Assembly: GCA_029259535.1 (NCBI GenBank) | Contig: JAPHEF010000001.1 | Coordinates: 21,399 to 85,398 of the forward strand | DNA length: 64,000 bases | Origin: Candidatus Alkanophaga liquidiphilum | Lineage (GTDB): Archaea > Halobacteriota > Syntropharchaeia > Alkanophagales > B39-G2 | Direction: 5' to 3' | Shown: one piece after another, positions 47,897-56,593 of the stretch | Position numbering within the stretch: position 1 is the stretch's first letter | Layout of the letters: the number at the start of each line of letters is the position of its first letter | Program-made: the position numbers and the translations under genes | Notes under the pieces: generated by a model | Told to the model about the DNA's origin: nothing | Database searches by the model: none | The model's input: the letters and a program-made list of their open reading frames with translations, nothing else

Positions 47897-48913
47897 ATGA
47901 AGATGTTTGACAAAATTCCAGAAGTCCCCGCCGCCGAAGAGCTTGTGGAGCGGGCGCTTAGGCGTGCTGTCAAGGCGAAAAAGGCTTTACGAGACAAAAG
48001 GGGAAAAGAGCGTGTCCTGGTAACAACAGCCGCAAACATTTTTGCAGATACTTTTAAAAACGTCGTCCGTGGCTTCCCAAACTTTGACGAAGTCCATCCT
48101 TTCTATCGTGAGACTTTAGACGTTTTAATAGGCGTTGATGCTGTGCGTTCGGCATTAGCCTCGCTCGATTGGGCAGCTGCAAAGATTAGAGCTTTGTCGC
48201 AGGAGTATTCACGCAAGATGAGACGGGCGACGGAGCGGGAAGCTGTGGCGCTGCGGAAAGAAGCTCTCGGCAGGATAATTTCTGTGGTAGAGAGGGTGGA
48301 GCGCCGGCTGGAGGTCCTGAAGGAGGCACGGCGGCTGTTGCGTCGCCTGCCAATCGTCAGCGGGGATGAAGTTGCGGCGGTCGTCGCAGGCTACGCAAAC
48401 GTCGGGAAGTCGAGCTTCGTTGCAAGAATGAGCACGGCAAAGCCCGAAGTAGCAACCTACCCCTTCACAACGAAAAACGTGAGCGTCGGGCACATCTTCA
48501 ACGGAAACGAACGCTATGTCGTCATTGACACGCCTGGACTCCTTGATAGACCGTTCTCCGAACGCAACAAGATAGAGCTGCAAGCAATCTCCGCACTAAA
48601 ACACTTGGCGGACGTCATCGTCTTCATCCTTGACCCCTCAGAGACCTGCGGCTACTCCGTAGAGCGGCAACTCAAGCTGCTGCGAGAAATACGGGTGGAG
48701 TTCAAAGTGCCAATGCTCGTCATCCTGAACAAAATGGACCTCCTCGAGACGCCACTTGGCGCAAGCATAAAGACAAACGTTGAAAAGATACGTTCGGAGG
48801 TACAAGAATTCTACGAAGTTTCGACCTTCACCGGGAAGAATTTGGACGCCGTAAGGGAGAAACTCTTGGGGATGTTATGGGCTGCGAGGCGGACTGCCTT
48901 TGCCGTAGCTTAG
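47897..48913 (+). CDS. NOG1/Obg-type GTP-binding protein (archaeal Nog1 homolog)
   Basis: G1 is AGYANVGKSS and G2/G3 is TTKNVSVGH...VIDTPGLLDR, with the N-terminal NOG1 helical region. The start is ambiguous between ATG 47882, 47897 and 47903. The start was chosen just after the GNAT stop. Confidence 0.75.
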   Translation: MKMFDKIPEVPAAEELVERALRRAVKAKKALRDKRGKERVLVTTAANIFADTFKNVVRGFPNFDEVHPFYRETLDVLIGVDAVRSALASLDWAAAKIRALSQEYSRKMRRATEREAVALRKEALGRIISVVERVERRLEVLKEARRLLRRLPIVSGDEVAAVVAGYANVGKSSFVARMSTAKPEVATYPFTTKNVSVGHIFNGNERYVVIDTPGLLDRPFSERNKIELQAISALKHLADVIVFILDPSETCGYSVERQLKLLREIRVEFKVPMLVILNKMDLLETPLGASIKTNVEKIRSEVQEFYEVSTFTGKNLDAVREKLLGMLWAARRTAFAVA

Positions 48914-48937
48914 GTAGCGAGTTGGAGCTTGCCGCAA

Positions 48938-49438
48938 TCAAAGCTGCTCCATCACGTCATCCAAGTCCATCATGCGCTCGCAGTATGCGCAGCGGAAGCG
49001 GAGCCTGCTGCGCACCTCTTCGCCCTCGCCGCCGGCGCCGCTCTCGACGACTTGAAACTTCGAACGCACCGGCTCGTTAGTATTCGAGATGCAGCTTGGA
49101 TTCGCACACCTTATTACACCTTCTATCTCCGTAGGCAAGAAGACTTTGTGCTTCTCCACAACCTCGTAATCCCTTATTATGTTTATCGTGGCGTTCGGCG
49201 CTATCAACGCAATTTTATCCACCTCTTCTGGCTTCAACTCCCTGTTTTCTACCTTCACGATGTCCTTTTTCCCCATTTTTCCGCTGCGCACGTTCATTAC
49301 GACGCTCACTACCTCTTTCGTCCCTGGTTTTATCTCTAAAATCTTTAGGACGTTCAAGGCTTGCCCCGCGGTTATATGGTCTATCACGGTGCCATCCTTT
49401 ATCGGTTGAACCTTTAACTCACGCTTCATGCCTTTCAC
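48938..49438 (-). CDS. pyrI: Aspartate carbamoyltransferase regulatory chain
   Basis: The N-terminal allosteric domain is [10 protein letters not shown]. The C-terminal Zn domain is CANPSCISN...CAYC. Confidence 0.8.
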   Translation of the reverse strand: MKGMKRELKVQPIKDGTVIDHITAGQALNVLKILEIKPGTKEVVSVVMNVRSGKMGKKDIVKVENRELKPEEVDKIALIAPNATINIIRDYEVVEKHKVFLPTEIEGVIRCANPSCISNTNEPVRSKFQVVESGAGGEGEEVRSRLRFRCAYCERMMDLDDVMEQL

Positions 49439-49457
49439 AGCCTAATTCCTTTCCCGC

Positions 49458-50270
49458 TTAATCAAGCCCCACGAATATTTTTACAAGCTTCGCGAGCTTA
49501 AAGGCAACGGCGTGCATCTCCTCGTCGTAAAATTTCGCGGGCACGCTTACATTTCTCGGCGTTTCGGGCTCGTATTTCTTCGAGCCTACGACAAAACTCC
49601 ACAAGCCAAGATACGAAGGGACGGGAGCAACATAAATTCTCACTATGGGGAAAAACTTAGAAGTTCCAGAGAGAGCCTTGCGGAGCACGTCGGGCTGGTG
49701 CACGGGCGAGCCGCTCTGCGTCACGAACACGCCGTCGTCATTGAGCCTTTCGAACGCCGTTCTGTAAAAGTCTTCGGAGAAGAGCTTCTCAGCCTCGCCA
49801 ATGGGGTCTGTCGAGTCCACGAGAATCACGTCGAAACGCTCCTCGCAGCCCTTAAGGAAATCAAAAGCGTCCATGAAAACAATCTCCACGCTCGCGTCAT
49901 CCAAGGCGCCGCCGTCTATCCCGAAATTCTCCTTGCAAACGCTCACGACTTCCTCGTCGATCTCCACGAGCTTTACGGAAACACCGTGCTTCAGCGCCTC
50001 TCTGATGCAGCCGCCGTCGCCCCCACCGATTATCAAAACGCTCTTCGGGCTTCTGTGCGCTGCGAGCGGGACGTGCGTCAGCATTTCGTGGTAAAGGAAC
50101 TCATCAAGCTCGCTCGCCTGAATCTTGCCGTCGAGGGCCAGCACCTTCCCGAAAGCCTCGTTCTCGAAAACCTCGATTTTTTGATACTTCGACTCACTCG
50201 TGCACAACACCTTTGCAACCTTGAACGTTATCCCTACGCTCTCGCTCATGAACTCAGTGAACGTCAGCAT
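49458..50270 (-). CDS. speE: Polyamine aminopropyltransferase (spermidine synthase)
   Basis: VLIIGGGDGGCIRE and VKLVEIDEEVV are present, with conserved D positions and a ~270 aa length. Confidence 0.85.
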   Translation of the reverse strand: MLTFTEFMSESVGITFKVAKVLCTSESKYQKIEVFENEAFGKVLALDGKIQASELDEFLYHEMLTHVPLAAHRSPKSVLIIGGGDGGCIREALKHGVSVKLVEIDEEVVSVCKENFGIDGGALDDASVEIVFMDAFDFLKGCEERFDVILVDSTDPIGEAEKLFSEDFYRTAFERLNDDGVFVTQSGSPVHQPDVLRKALSGTSKFFPIVRIYVAPVPSYLGLWSFVVGSKKYEPETPRNVSVPAKFYDEEMHAVAFKLAKLVKIFVGLD

Positions 50271-50333
50271 CAGCCACTATTTTGTCCAAACTTGTTAAAT
50301 TCGTGTTCCACATCGCCACTGCTACTCTACGAA

Positions 50334-50868
50334 TTAAAACCTCTTTAAGAAGTCCTCGATGACTTGCAAGTAGCTTTTGTCCAACCCATACAATTCGTGA
50401 ACGAGGGCGTCGGTTTCGCCTCAAGTCCTCGCAATCACATCGCTTTTAGGACGAGAAAAGTCTCAAACTTTTTCCTCTCTTCGCACGTCGCTCCCACAAC
50501 GCCGCTGCCACGTCCTCGGCTTTCATTCGTAGTTCGCCCCGCTCCATATCAAGGGTTCACACCCGTTAGGGGGCACTTCGAACTTCGTTCGCAGCGGCAC
50601 ACGTCATCATGGTTTGCCTCTTGAACTCTACGACAAAGACGCCGTTCCCATATTCGTCGAAGGCGAGCAGGTCGCTCCGCTTATACCCTGCACGTCTTTT
50701 TCAAATCTCACGTTCCCCAACTCGCCCTCGTAGCCGAGCGCCTCAAGAACGCCACTCCTGATGAATGCTCTTTAAATCCCAGAGTTTCAGGAGGTATCTG
50801 AAAATACGCGATCGATGCCTTCTTTACGATGCTTTCGGCAGGAGGACTCTCATCAACGCTCTTCACTC
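50334..50868 (-). pseudogene. Multiply frameshifted remnant of a PD-(D/E)xK nuclease-like gene (restriction-enzyme / NucS-HsdR_N-like core, ELYGL-type C-terminus)
   Basis: No intact ORF exists in ~550 nt. Minus-strand fragments in three frames include ...IRSGVLEALGYEGELGNVRFEKDVQG and YKRSDLLAFDEYGNGVFVVEFKRQ, which carries the D...EFK PD-(D/E)xK motif. A further fragment is a C-terminal ...TDALVHELYGLDKSYLQVIEDFLKRF-stop. Confidence 0.4.
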
Positions 50869-50926
50869 CTTTTTTAAAGCTGCTTTGTGGTCGTCGTAAT
50901 TAATAGAAAAGAGACAATATACACAG

Positions 50927-51250
50927 ATGCACGACGCAATCCTCCAAATACGGACGGAAACCCGCAGGAAGCTTGCGGAAAACGAACGGAGGTCGCTAAG
51001 GAACATAATAGAGCGATATAAGGGGCGAAGCGAGTGCATTCCGCTTTACGAAGATGAGCGTAGCCTTGATTTTTACGTGACGAGCGTGAACGATGCACGG
51101 CACATCGCCTCGAAAATTCTGAGGGTGCTTGGTGGAAGGAAGAAAGAAAGCACGAGTTTCCTTAGGGTTGAGCGTGGAAAACCTGTTTACAGGTTCACGA
51201 TTTGCATTACACTGCTTGAAAATCCTTCGAGGGCGAAATATGGATTTTAG
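50927..51250 (+). CDS. Hypothetical protein
   Basis: The 107 aa ORF has no recognisable domain. It lies beside the pseudogene remnant. Confidence 0.25.
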   Translation: MHDAILQIRTETRRKLAENERRSLRNIIERYKGRSECIPLYEDERSLDFYVTSVNDARHIASKILRVLGGRKKESTSFLRVERGKPVYRFTICITLLENPSRAKYGF

Positions 51251-51447
51251 TTGTGCTTTTGTTAGCTACTGCTCTTGCGTGGCGTTTGCGTTTAAGTGGA
51301 GCAAGCTTTGACAAATGAGAGCGTCAAGACGGACTGTAGCAAGTAACACGCAAAGCTTTAAGCTTTTTGGGCGTCTTATGCCTCTCTGGGATGCTGATGC
51401 GTCTCTTTAGAATGCTCTGAGGCATTCCTTTTCTATCTTGAACACCC

Positions 51448-52056
51448 TCAACCTTTCAAGCCAAAATACTTCTCAAGGACCTTTTTCTGACCACGTCTTA
51501 GAATTTCGGAGAGGGTCGAGGAAGCGATGCCGAAGTAATCTGCGAGTTCTTCTAGCTTAATCCTCTTCGGAAAGTCGAAGTATCCCCTCTCTAAAGCCAG
51601 CCTCAAAATCTCTTCCTCCCTGTAGGTCACCTCAGACTCTTTTTCCGGCTCGCCCTTGTAGACGATTTCGAAATCGATTTCGCTCTCTTCTAACCCTCTA
51701 ATGAGGTTTAGAAACGCCTCGTCCTCGCAAACTATGCTCCAAATCACTTTTCTCTCATCTATTTCCGCGTCGGTGATTATGCAGCCCGCTTCGAGTATTG
51801 AGAGAGCGACGAAACACGTGTGCTCCCTGACCAATACCTTCGCCTCCTGCGACGACACGGCGACGCCCTCGCAGTATGCAGGCAGGTCGGCGAGAATGTC
51901 CTTCACCTTGTTCGCTTTGACCCTCAGCAAGGCTTTCACGTTCTTATCGATCATCATCAGCCCCTCGATCTTCATGACCGAGTTCCTCAATATTTCTTTC
52001 ACGGCGCCGAAAACACAAGATTCCGGCAGAGATGTCCTTATTTGAACTTTGAGCAT
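51448..52056 (-). CDS. HTH_10 (Bat-type) family transcriptional regulator
   Basis: The C-terminal segment ALERGYFDFPKRIKLEELADYFGIASSTLSEILRRGQKK matches the HTH_10 signature. It is divergent from cooS. Confidence 0.6.
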   Translation of the reverse strand: MLKVQIRTSLPESCVFGAVKEILRNSVMKIEGLMMIDKNVKALLRVKANKVKDILADLPAYCEGVAVSSQEAKVLVREHTCFVALSILEAGCIITDAEIDERKVIWSIVCEDEAFLNLIRGLEESEIDFEIVYKGEPEKESEVTYREEEILRLALERGYFDFPKRIKLEELADYFGIASSTLSEILRRGQKKVLEKYFGLKG

Positions 52057-52193
52057 GCGCCTTACTTCGTCAAAGCTTGAGATAAGCTTTTTGGAAGCCG
52101 CTCCGCTTATCTTCGTCGTTTTGTTATGAGCCTATGTGGAGCCCGAATATTTTAGGGAAAAACAATAACTTTGACCTCTAAGAAGCCATAATC

Positions 52194-54056
52194 ATGACCG
52201 ATGAGAGGGTCAGCTACCACGAAAGCATAAACGAGCAGTATCGGAGGGTGAAGGCTGACGGCGTGACGAACGTCATCGACCGTTTCAACGCCCAAGGGGC
52301 GAGATGCAAGTTCGGCGAGCGAGGTCTCTGCTGCCAGCTTTGCAGCATGGGTCCCTGCCGGATATCTGGAAAAGCCCCTTACGGCGCCTGCGGGATCGAC
52401 GCCGCGGGAATGGCGGTTCGGAATTTTGTCCATAAGAACTTATTGGGCACGATGGCTTACGCCCACCATGCTGTCGAAGCAGCAAAGACGTTAAAAGCCA
52501 CAGCCGAGGGAAAGACTCCTTTTGAGATCAAGGACGAAGAGAAGCTGAGATGGCTCGCTTCCCAGCTGGGAATTGATGGTGACGACGTTCAAGAACTCGC
52601 AAGGAAAGTTGCGGACTTCATACTTGAGGACATCAGCTCGCACGAGCCGAGCAAGCTTGTTGAGATATTTGCGCCCGAAAAGAGGAAGGAGCTCTGGCAG
52701 AAACTCGGAATCTTTCCGAGAGGGGTTTTCTACGAGCTTCTCGTCACAGGCACATCGGCGATGACGAATGTGGACTCCGACCATGTCTCTCTAGCGAAGA
52801 AGAGCATGCGGATGGGCATTGCAACATGTATGGCGGCGCAACTCTCCTTAGAGCTGGTCCAAGACATCCTCTTCGGCACGCCGATGCCGCACGAGAGCGA
52901 AGCCGACTTGGGCATCCTCGACCCCGAATACGTGAATATCGCCGTTGACGGCCACGAGCCCTTCGTCGCAGCCGCTCTAATTAAGCTCGCCGAGAGCGAA
53001 GAGGTTCAAAAGAGGGCGAGAGATGCCGGCGCAAAGGGTCTCCGTATTGTTGGCTTCATTGAAACCGGTCAGGAAATCCTGCAGCGCTCCGATAGCCCAG
53101 TCTTTGTGGGCATTGTTGGAAACTGGATCGTTCAAGAGTTTGCCCTTGCGACGGGCGCCGTCGATGTTTTTGCGGCGGACGTGAATTGCGCACTGCCGTC
53201 CCTTCCTGAATATCAGAAATACGGCGTCAGAATAGTGCCCGTGAGCGAGCTTGTGAGGCTCAAAGGTATCGACAAATGCTTAAATTACGAGCCTGATGCT
53301 GCTGAGGAGGTTGCGAGAGAGGTCATCGCCATCGCCATCGAAAACTTCAAGCAGAGGGGTAAAGCGGGCGTCCACAAAGTCGAAAAGAAGCAAAAGATCG
53401 TTGTAGGCTTCTCGCCAGAGGCGATTCTCAAGGCTCTCGGTGGGAAGCTCGACGCCCTGCTCGAAGCGATAAAAAGCGGCGACGTGAAGGGGGTTGTAGC
53501 CCTTGTGAGCTGCACGACGCTGAAGAATGGGCCGCATGACGTGAACACTGTAACTGTAGCAAGAGAATTGATAAAAAGGAACATTCTCGTGCTTTCGATG
53601 GGTTGCGGGAACGCCGCCCTGCAGCAGGCGGGCTTGACCTCGATGGACACTCTTGAACTCGCAGGCGAGCGCCTGAGGGCGGTCTGCGAAAAGCTCGGAA
53701 TTCCACCCGTTCTCAGTTTCGGGACATGCACCGACACCGGAAGATGTGCTTACTTGGTGAGGCTCGTCGCCGACGCCCTTGGCGTGGACGTTCCCGACCT
53801 GCCGGTGGCGGTCACCGCTCCCGAATACATGGAGCAGAAAGCCACGATCGATGCGGTGTTCGCAGTCGCATACGGGCTTACGACACACGTCTCGCCCGTT
53901 CCGCCGATAACCGGTAGCGAGGAAGCCGTTAAGCTTTTCACCGAGGACGTTGAGAAGCTCACCGGCGGAAAAGTAATAGTTGAGGAGGAGCCCGTGAAGG
54001 CGGCGGAGCTTCTGGAAAAAGTCATTGAAGAGAAGAGGGCGAAGCTGGGCATCTAA
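52194..54056 (+). CDS. cooS: Anaerobic carbon-monoxide dehydrogenase catalytic subunit
   Basis: N-terminal Cys clusters CKFGERGLCCQLCSMGPCRI ... GACGID are present. Conserved Ni-Fe-S cluster C ligands are present throughout. Length is 620 aa. Confidence 0.9.
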   Translation: MTDERVSYHESINEQYRRVKADGVTNVIDRFNAQGARCKFGERGLCCQLCSMGPCRISGKAPYGACGIDAAGMAVRNFVHKNLLGTMAYAHHAVEAAKTLKATAEGKTPFEIKDEEKLRWLASQLGIDGDDVQELARKVADFILEDISSHEPSKLVEIFAPEKRKELWQKLGIFPRGVFYELLVTGTSAMTNVDSDHVSLAKKSMRMGIATCMAAQLSLELVQDILFGTPMPHESEADLGILDPEYVNIAVDGHEPFVAAALIKLAESEEVQKRARDAGAKGLRIVGFIETGQEILQRSDSPVFVGIVGNWIVQEFALATGAVDVFAADVNCALPSLPEYQKYGVRIVPVSELVRLKGIDKCLNYEPDAAEEVAREVIAIAIENFKQRGKAGVHKVEKKQKIVVGFSPEAILKALGGKLDALLEAIKSGDVKGVVALVSCTTLKNGPHDVNTVTVARELIKRNILVLSMGCGNAALQQAGLTSMDTLELAGERLRAVCEKLGIPPVLSFGTCTDTGRCAYLVRLVADALGVDVPDLPVAVTAPEYMEQKATIDAVFAVAYGLTTHVSPVPPITGSEEAVKLFTEDVEKLTGGKVIVEEEPVKAAELLEKVIEEKRAKLGI

Positions 54057-54062
54057 AAGAGG

Positions 54063-54407
54063 GTGATCATGAAAATAATAGACGTAGAGAAGACGGAAGT
54101 CACTCCAAATCCGCATGGCGTCGCCGCCCGCAAGATATATGACGCAGAAAGCGCCCAGATAGTCCACATAACACTGAAGCCGGGGAAGCGGTTGAAGAAG
54201 CACGTGACGCCTGTCGACGTTGCCTTTTACGTGCTCGAAGGGAAAGGAATCATTGAGATCGGCGATGAGCGTAAAGAAGTAGGGCAGGATACGCTCATCG
54301 AAAGTCCGGCAGGAATTCCGCACTGCTGGTATAACGAGAGCAATGGTGTCCTCCGCGTCCTCGTCGTCAAAGCGCCGAGACCATCGAAGCCGACGAGAAT
54401 TCTATAA
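54063..54407 (+). CDS. Cupin-domain protein
   Basis: The 114 aa protein has cupin motifs (ITLKPGKRLKKH...H ; GIPHCWYNE). Confidence 0.6.
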   Translation: MIMKIIDVEKTEVTPNPHGVAARKIYDAESAQIVHITLKPGKRLKKHVTPVDVAFYVLEGKGIIEIGDERKEVGQDTLIESPAGIPHCWYNESNGVLRVLVVKAPRPSKPTRIL

Positions 54408-54472
54408 TTCCTGGAGCTTATGAGACCCTTGCACCCGTAAAGCGTAAATTCACCGACGACGGAAACCGAAAC

Positions 54473-55393
54473 ATGCAAAGTGTGGAGCTTTTAGTAGTGG
54501 GTGCCGGACCTGCAGGGCTAACTGCTGGGCTCTACGGCGTGCGTTCGGAGCTTAAGACGCTCGTGCTCGAAGCCGCCGCCCCCGGAGGGCAAATGGCGAC
54601 CGCCCCGAAGATCGAAAACTATCCCGGCTTCCCCGACGGCATCCCGGGCATGGAGCTCGCAGAACGCATGGAAGCGCAAGCAAGGAACGCAGGCGTCGAG
54701 ATTCGTAACTTTGAAAGTGTGGAAAGTGTCAGGAAGGAAGGGGGCGTCTTCGTCGTGGAGACCTCCGAAAACAGGTATGAGAGCGTTGCTGTCATAGTCG
54801 CTTCCGGGCTTTCGCACAAGAAGCTCGGCGTGCCGGGCGAAGCTGAGCTCCTAGGACGTGGCGTCTCGTATTGCGCAACGTGCGACGCCCCGCTCTTTAA
54901 GGGCAAAAGGGTGGCGGTCGTCGGCGATGGGACGGCGGCGGCGAATGCCGCGCTCACGCTCAGCGAGCTTGCTGACGTCAAAATGCTGGTCGGCGGCGAC
55001 GCCGTGCGAACTGCCGAAAAAATCATAGAGCGTCGCTTGAAAAAAAGCGGAGTGGAAATTCTGAAAAACGTTAAGGTCTTGGAAATTCTCGGCAAGAACC
55101 TCGTAAGCGGCGTGCGCGTGCTGAACACAGAAACTGGCGAGGAGTTCCTGCTGGAAATGGATGGCATTTTCATCGAAGTCGGGAAAGTGCCGAGCACCGG
55201 GTTTCTAAGGCTTGACGTGCAGCTCGACGAAAAAGGCTACATAATCGTGGATTCAAAGCAGCAAACCAGCGTCGAGGGCTTGTTCGCCGCCGGCGACGTC
55301 ACGTCTGGCGGCGTGAAGCAGGTGGTGACGGCGGTGGCGCAAGGGGCAATCGCCGCTCTCAATGCTTATGAATACGTGCGGAGTTGGGGCTAA
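54473..55393 (+). CDS. trxB: Thioredoxin-reductase-like FAD/NAD(P) flavoprotein
   Basis: The FAD motif is LLVVGAGPAGLTAG. The redox-active disulfide is CATCDAPLF. The NAD(P) motif is VAVVGDGTAA. The C-terminal motif is GDVTSGG. Confidence 0.8.
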   Translation: MQSVELLVVGAGPAGLTAGLYGVRSELKTLVLEAAAPGGQMATAPKIENYPGFPDGIPGMELAERMEAQARNAGVEIRNFESVESVRKEGGVFVVETSENRYESVAVIVASGLSHKKLGVPGEAELLGRGVSYCATCDAPLFKGKRVAVVGDGTAAANAALTLSELADVKMLVGGDAVRTAEKIIERRLKKSGVEILKNVKVLEILGKNLVSGVRVLNTETGEEFLLEMDGIFIEVGKVPSTGFLRLDVQLDEKGYIIVDSKQQTSVEGLFAAGDVTSGGVKQVVTAVAQGAIAALNAYEYVRSWG

Positions 55394-55405
55394 CATCTAC
55401 AAAAA

Positions 55406-56200
55406 ATGGAACTTGAGTTCTTATACAGCGGCGATTTTGGCAACGTCGTCATCGGCAACCTCGTGAATTATTCGACGTTCTGCCGAGCATGTGGGGAAGC
55501 GTGCGTAGAATGCCGAGTGGGCTGGAGCCATGCAGATAGCATCACGGCTGCCGTGAGCCTGCCGCCGCCCGAGAGCCTGCCCCATTTCTTAGACGCTCCC
55601 GAGAGCTTCTTGCTCGACTTAATCCCGGCAGACGTGCTCATAGCGATAAACATCCATCCTGACGTGCTCTTAAGTTTACCCAAACGTCTTGAGGAGCTTG
55701 GCGTTTGCGCTTTGATAGTTCCTGCTGAGAGCCCAAGGGAGCTGCCCGTGGGCGTCAGGCAGCAGCTAAAGGACGCTTGCGAGATGCATGGTGTCGAATA
55801 CGCCTTTCCGAAGCCGTTCTGCGCCTTAGACCCCAGGGACCCTGTAGTCAGCCGCTTTAAAACCGTGAGGCGCTTCGTCGAAGACTTTGGCGTCGGCAAG
55901 CCGGAACTGCGGATCTCGTTAAAAAGCGGAGCTATAAGCAGCGCTGAGGTCCTGCGGAGCGCCCCCTGCGGCTCTACATGGTTTGTCGCTCGGAAAATAA
56001 TAGGATTTAGGGCGCCGACCGACGCCGACGACGCTGCATTGCGCGAGCTGTTTGACGCGATTTCAAAAGCGCATCATTCTTACCCTTGCACGGCGAGCAT
56101 GGAGCTCGACAAGGAGCTCGGAGATACTGTCCTTCACAAAGCTGGATATCTGATTAGAGAAGCTATCCTTAAGGCCTTAAACGTAGAAATGCCCCTTTGA
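55406..56200 (+). CDS. Hypothetical Cys-rich protein (compact CxxCx3CxxC motif; possibly DUF166-like)
   Basis: An N-terminal FCRACGEACVEC cluster is present. No other recognised motifs were found. This is the last gene of the cooS-linked, same-strand run. Confidence 0.4.
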   Translation: MELEFLYSGDFGNVVIGNLVNYSTFCRACGEACVECRVGWSHADSITAAVSLPPPESLPHFLDAPESFLLDLIPADVLIAINIHPDVLLSLPKRLEELGVCALIVPAESPRELPVGVRQQLKDACEMHGVEYAFPKPFCALDPRDPVVSRFKTVRRFVEDFGVGKPELRISLKSGAISSAEVLRSAPCGSTWFVARKIIGFRAPTDADDAALRELFDAISKAHHSYPCTASMELDKELGDTVLHKAGYLIREAILKALNVEMPL

Positions 56201-56265
56201 CATCCGAGAGGTAAACCTAAAATTTTTATATTTTAGTTATCCCAACAAAACAAGGGGGAGGGAGT

Positions 56266-56583
56266 ATGTACACGTCTTTCCTGCAATATGACCCCAGAGT
56301 TGTTCGCTCCTTGAAACGGAGCAGGGTCAGGGTTGCTATTTTATTATATCTCAACAAAATATACCCGAACATGTCTTATCCGGCGGAAATCGCTCGGAAT
56401 ATAGGAATCGACGCGACGAACGTGCTCGGCGGGCTCAGGGGCATGGGCAGTAGATATAACGGCTCCAGCTCCCTCGTGGAGCTCGGGCTTGTTGATAAGG
56501 TAGATATAAACGGCGTCAGTTATTACAAGCTCTCGAAAATAGGCAAGCAGGTCGTAGACATCTTAGAGTCCTCTCTATTTTAA
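56266..56583 (+). CDS. Small winged-helix DNA-binding protein (putative regulator)
   Basis: The 105 aa protein has a wHTH-like core (YPAEIARNIGIDATNVLGGLRGM...LVELGLVD). It lies in the low-GC island. Confidence 0.4.
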   Translation: MYTSFLQYDPRVVRSLKRSRVRVAILLYLNKIYPNMSYPAEIARNIGIDATNVLGGLRGMGSRYNGSSSLVELGLVDKVDINGVSYYKLSKIGKQVVDILESSLF

Positions 56584-56593
56584 GGGATGCGCT

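Noticed and set aside
47338-48039. 233-aa minus-strand ORF covering the GNAT gene and the NOG1 start
   Set aside because: Antisense to two motif-bearing genes, with Arg/Ala/Ser-rich low complexity.
49512-50348. 278-aa plus-strand ORF opposite speE
   Set aside because: Antisense to speE, whose frame has the GGGDGG SAM/PAPT motif. The ORF itself has no recognisable domain.
50364-50624. 86-aa plus-strand ORF in the gap upstream of speE
   Set aside because: Low-complexity sequence lying antisense to the more convincing, though frameshifted, nuclease-like remnant. Interpreted as noise within a pseudogene region.
53280-54323. 347-aa minus-strand ORF inside cooS/cupin
   Set aside because: Antisense shadow ORF. 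cooS on the plus strand is unambiguous.
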